NCBI RefSeq assembly: GCF_009914755.1
Contig: NC_060932.1
Source: the human T2T-CHM13v2.0 reference genome, Homo sapiens
Direction: 5' to 3' (one strand)
DNA: 64,000 nucleotides
Shown: positions 59,188 through 64,000 of the stretch, piece by piece
Layout: each line of letters starts with the position of its first letter
Numbering within the stretch: position 1 is the first letter of the stretch
Made by a program: the position numbers and the translations under genes
The notes under the pieces: generated by a model
What the model was told of the DNA's origin: nothing
Database searches by the model: none
What the model saw: the letters and a program-made list of their open reading frames with translations, nothing else

Positions 59188-62100
59188 GTTTTTATTGCAG
59201 GATATTCTGTCTTTCATTATAAGCCTAAGTGAACCCCAAAATGTCCCTTTGAAGATTCTACAAAAACAATGTTTACAAACTGCTGAATGTAAAGAAAGGT
59301 TTAACTCTCTGAGGTGAATCCACACATTACAAACCCGTTTCACAGTTAGCTTCTTTCTAGTTTTTATAGTGGGATATTCTGTTTTTCACTATAGACCTCA
59401 GTGAGTTTTAAAATGTTCCTTTGCAGATTATACAAAAACAGTGTTTCCAAAATACTGAACATAAAGATAGGTTTTCCTCAATGAGCTGAATCCAAAAATC
59501 ACAATGCAGGTTCACAGATAGCTTCTTTCTAGTTTTAATCTAGGGATATTTTGTTTTTTACTATAATCCTCAGTGAGCTCTGAAATGTCCCTTCATAGAT
59601 TACAGAAAAATGGTGTTTCCAACCAGCTAAATGTAAACAAAGGTTTCACTCTATGAGCTGAATCCATGGGTCAGAAAGTGATATCACAGATGGCTTGTTT
59701 CTAGGTATTGTTGCAGGATATTTGATTTTTCACTATAGGCCTCAGTGAGCTCCAAAATGTCTCTTTGCAGATTCTACCAAAACAGTGTTTCCAACCTGCT
59801 GAATGTAAAGAAAGTTTTCACTCTATGAGCTGAATCCTAACATCACAAAACAGATCCACAGAATGATTCTTTCTAGTTTTTAGTCGTGGGATATTTGGTT
59901 TTTCACTACAGGCCTCTGTGAGCTCAGAAATATACCTTTCCAGATACTACAAAAACAGTTTTTCCAACCTGCTAAATATAAAAAAGGTTTCACTCTATAA
60001 GCTGAATCCAAACCTCTAAAATCAGTTTCATAGATAAGTTCTTTCCAGTTTTTATCATGGAATATTCAGTTTTTCACTGTAGTCTTAAGGGGGCTTTGCA
60101 ATGTCCCTTCACATATTCTACTAAAACAGTGTTTCCAAATTGCTGAATGTAAAGGAAGATTTCACTTAAGAGATAATGCACACTTCACAGGTAGATTCTT
60201 TCTACTATTTATAGCATGATATTCAGTTTTTTCCTATAGGCCATAGTGAGAACCAAAATGTCCCCTCACAGATTCTACAAAAACAGTGTTTCCAACCTGC
60301 TGAATGTAAAGGAAGGTTTCATGTTAGGAGTTGAATCCACACATCAAAAAGCAGTTTGACAGTTACCTTCTTTCTAGGTTTTACAGTAGGTTATTTATTT
60401 TTTCTTTATAGGCCTCAATGAGCTCTGAAATGTCACTTTGCAGATTCTGCAAAAACAGTTTTTCTATCCTGCAGAATGAAAAAAAAATGTTTAATTCTGT
60501 TAGCTGAATCAACACAACACAAAGCCATTTCACAGAGAGCTTTTTTCTAGTTTTCGTCATGGGATACTCTTTTACACCATTGGCCTTAGTGTGCTCCAAA
60601 ATGTCCCTTTGCAAATTCTAAAAAACAGTGCTTACAGCCTGCTGAATAAAAAGAACAGTTTCACACTCTGAGCTAAATCTAAATATCACAAATCAGTTTC
60701 ACAGACAGCTTCTTTCTAGATTTTATTGTGGGATATTCAGTTTTCACTATAGGCCTCCATAGCCTCCAAAATGTCCCTTTGCAGATCCTACAAAAACAGG
60801 GTTTCCAACCTAATGAGTGTTCAGAAAGGTTTAACTCTATGAGACCAATCTACACATCACAAAGCAGTTTCACAGAGAACTTCTTTCTAGTTTTCATTGT
60901 GGGTTATTTTGTTTTTCATGATAGGCCTCGGCTCCAAAATGTCCCTTCACAGATTCTACTGAAACGGTGTTTCCAACCTGTTGAATGTAACAAAAGTATC
61001 ACTTTAGGAGTTGAATCCATGCATCACAAAGCAGTTTCACAGGTAGCTTCTTTCAAGTTTTTATCATGGGATATTCCGTTTTTCACTATAGGTCTCAGTG
61101 AGCTCCAAAATGTTCTTTCACAGATTCTACAAAAACAGTGTTTTCAACCTGCTGACTGTAATGAAATGATTCACCTTATGAGCTAAATCCACACATTCCA
61201 AAGTGGCTTCACAGATAGTTTCTTTCTGGTTTTTATCGTGGGATATTCAGTTTTTAACTATAGGCCTCTGTGAGCTCAAAAATTTCCCTTCACAGATTCT
61301 ACAAAAACAGTTTTTTCCAACCTGCTAAATGTAAAAATATTTCATGCTATAAGCTGAATCCACAAATCCCAAAGCAGTTTCACAGATATCTTCTTTCAAG
61401 TTTCTTTTGCAGAATATTTTGTTTTTCACTAGAGGCCTCTGTGAGCTCCAAAAAGTCCCTTCACATATTCTACAAAAACAGCTTTTCCAACCTGCTATAT
61501 GTAAAAAAATTTCACTTTATAAACTGAATCCATATACCACAAAGCAGTTTCACAGATAGCTTCTCTCTAGTTTCTTTCATGGGATATTAGGTTTTTCACT
61601 ATAGGCCTCTGTGAGCTCTGAAGTATCTCTTTGTAGATTCTATAAAAACAGTTTTTCCAACCTGCGATATGTAAAAAATGTTTCACTTTATGAGCTGAAT
61701 CCACACACCTCAAAGTAGTTTCACAGAGAGCTTCTTTCTAGTTTTTATCATGGGATATTTGGTTTTTCACTATAGGCTTAAGGGAGCTTTGAAATGTCGC
61801 TTCGCAGATTCTATTAAAACACTGTTTCCAACCTGCTGAATTTAAGAAATGTTTCACATTAAGAGCTGAATCTGCATATCACAAAGCAGTTTCACAGATA
61901 GCTTCTTTAAAGTTTTTATTGTGTGATATTCAGATTTTTTATTATAGCCTCAGTGAGCTCTGAAATGTCCTTTTGCAGATTCTACACAAACGGTGTTTTC
62001 AACCTGCTGAATTTAAAGAAAGATTTCACTTTATGAGCTGAATCCACACATCACAAAGCAGTTTCACAAATAGGTTTTTTTCAAGTTTTTGTCATGGGAT

Positions 62101-64000
62101 ATTCAGTTTTTCACTACAGGTTTCAGTGAGTTCCAAAATGTTCTTTCACAGATTCTGCAAAAACAGTGCTTCCAACCTCCTGAATGTAAAGAAAGTTTTC
62201 AATTTATGAGCTGAATTCCCACATCACAAAGTCGTTTCACAGATAGTTTCTTTCTAGTTTTTTCATGGGATATTCAGTTTTTTACTATAGCCCTCAGTGA
62301 GCTCTGAAATGTCCCTTCACAGATTCCATAAAAACAGTGTTTTTAACTTGCTGAATGTAAAGAAAGTTTTAACTCTGTAAGCTGTATGCACACATCATAA
62401 AGTGGTTTCACAGATAGCTTCCTTCTAGTTTTTATTGCAAATATTCTGTTTTTCACTATAGTTCTCAGTGAGCTCTGAAATTTTCTTTTGTAGATTCTAC
62501 AAAACAGTGTTCCAAAAATGCTGAATGTGCAGAAATATTTCACTCTATGAGGTGAATCTAGGCATCACAAAGCTGTTTCACAGATAGCTTCCTTCTGGTT
62601 TTTATTGCAAGATATTCAGTTTCTTACAATAGGCTGCAGTGAGCTTTAAAAAGTTCCTTTGCAGATTCTGCAAAAATAGTGTTTCCAACCTGCCAAATGT
62701 AAAGAAAGCTTTCACTTTACAAGCTAAATCCACATATCACAAAGCAGCTCCACAGATAGCCTTTTTTCTAGTTTTTATCATGGGATATTCAGTTTACCAT
62801 GATAGGCCTCCATGGGGTCCAAAATGTCAATCTGCAGATCTTAAAAAACAGTGTTTCCAGCCTGCTGAATGTAAAGAAAGTTTTAACTCTGTGAAATAAA
62901 TCCACACATCACATAGAAGTTTCACAGATAGCTTCTTTCTCGTTTTTATCATGGGATATTAAGTTTTTCATTGTAGGCCTCAGTTAGCTCAGAAATGTGT
63001 TTTTGCACATTCTAAAAAAAACAGTGGTCAAACTTGCTGAATGAAAGAAAGGTTTAACTTTGATAGCTGAATCCACACATCTCAAAATAGTTTTAAAGAT
63101 AGCTTCTTTCTAGTTTTCATTTTGGGATATGCGTTTTCTCACTATAGGTCTCAGTGAGCTCTGAAATACCCCTTTGCAGATTCTACAAAAGCATAATTAC
63201 AATCCTGTTGAATGTAAAGAAAAGTTTACCTTTATGAGCTGAATCCACATATCACAAAGTGGTTTCACAGATAAATTTTTTCTAGGTTTTATCACGGGAT
63301 ATTCAGTTTTTCACTACGGGACTCCATGGACTGTGAAATGTCTTTTCACAGATCCTGCACAGTGTTTCCAACCTGCTGAATTTATAGAAAACTTTAACTG
63401 TGTGAGCTGAATTCACAAAAAACGAATCAGTTTCACAGATAGCTTCTTTTTGGTTTTTACCATGGGATATTTTGTTTTTCATTATAGGCCTCCATGAATT
63501 CTGAATTGGCCCACCATAGATTCTACAAAAATGGTGTTTCCAGCTTGCTGAATGTAAAGAAAGCTTTCAGTTTATGAGATGAATCCATATATCACAAAGC
63601 AGTTTCACAGGTAGCTTCTTTCTAGTTTTTATGATGTGATATTCTATTTTTCATTATAGGCTGAAGTGAGCTCAGAAACATCAGTTCGCATATTCTACAA
63701 AAACAGTGTTTCAATCCTGCTGAATATAAGAAAAGTTTAACTCTTTGAGGTGAATCCACACATCACAAAGCAGTTTCCCAGTTAACTTCTTTCTAGTTAT
63801 AATTGCTGGATATTTGATTTTTCAGTAGAGGCCTCAGTGAGCTCTGAAATGTCACTTGGCAGATTCTACAAAAACAGTGTTTTTTACCTGCTGAATTTAA
63901 AGAGCAGTTTCACTCTATGAGCTGAATCCACACAACACAAAGCACTTTCACAGACAGATTCTTTCTAGTTTTTATTGTGAGATATTCGGTTTTTCACTGG

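Larger units (their letters stand above)
39101..64000 (+). repeat. Old divergent alpha satellite, 172-bp monomers, layer 2 (AAACAGTG / GCTGAATGTAAAG / TTCACTCTATGAG / CAGTGAGCTC)
   Basis: Same period and orientation as layer 1 but with concerted diagnostic substitutions in nearly all monomers. Interrupted by the provirus at 51332-59187. No CENP-B box seen. Confidence 0.93.

Noticed and set aside
17274-64000. CRISPR-like array or repeat-protein genes suggested by the regular repeats and LCDVWIQLTE-type ORFs
   Set aside because: The whole 172-bp unit repeats with no unique spacers and no cas genes. It is primate alpha satellite and the ORFs are chance.
17274-64000. Active centromeric HOR array or CENP-B boxes
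   Set aside because: No TTCG....A..CGGG motif was seen on either strand by eye (the equivalent position reads TATTCAGTTTTTCACTATAGG). Monomers are highly divergent and interrupted by TEs.
1-64000. Definite species or chromosome assignment (e.g. human chrY)
   Set aside because: Repeat content supports a catarrhine primate and is suggestive of Y-like heterochromatin, but there is no unique sequence to confirm this without mapping.

Overview
Catarrhine primate (most likely human or great ape) heterochromatic, pericentromere-type DNA with no intact host gene. From left to right: (1) the end of a HERV-K(HML-2) LTR5 (1-146); (2) about 17 kb of GC-rich ~217-bp gamma satellite (GSATII-like), with an orientation switch at ~2590, a solo LTR5, a 5'-truncated Alu and a different gamma variant in the last ~4 units; (3) from ~17270 to the end, about 47 kb of old 172-bp alpha satellite in which I saw no CENP-B boxes, in two sequence layers meeting at ~39.1-39.5 kb. 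The alpha satellite carries a full-length AluS, a second solo LTR5 and a nearly full-length decayed HERV-K(HML-6/HERVK3, LTR3) provirus (51332-59187, minus strand). Nearly all ORFs in the track are satellite artefacts; only the proviral gag/pro/pol/env fragments descend from real coding sequence. I see no evidence for a new protein-coding system. The interesting signal is structural: relic higher-order periodicities in supposedly monomeric alpha satellite that can be dated relative to ERV insertions, fold-back/templated micro-inversions, a gamma/alpha join at a shared motif, and a possible G-to-A editing signature in the provirus. Family and subfamily names come from recalled consensus sequences, not from a database search.
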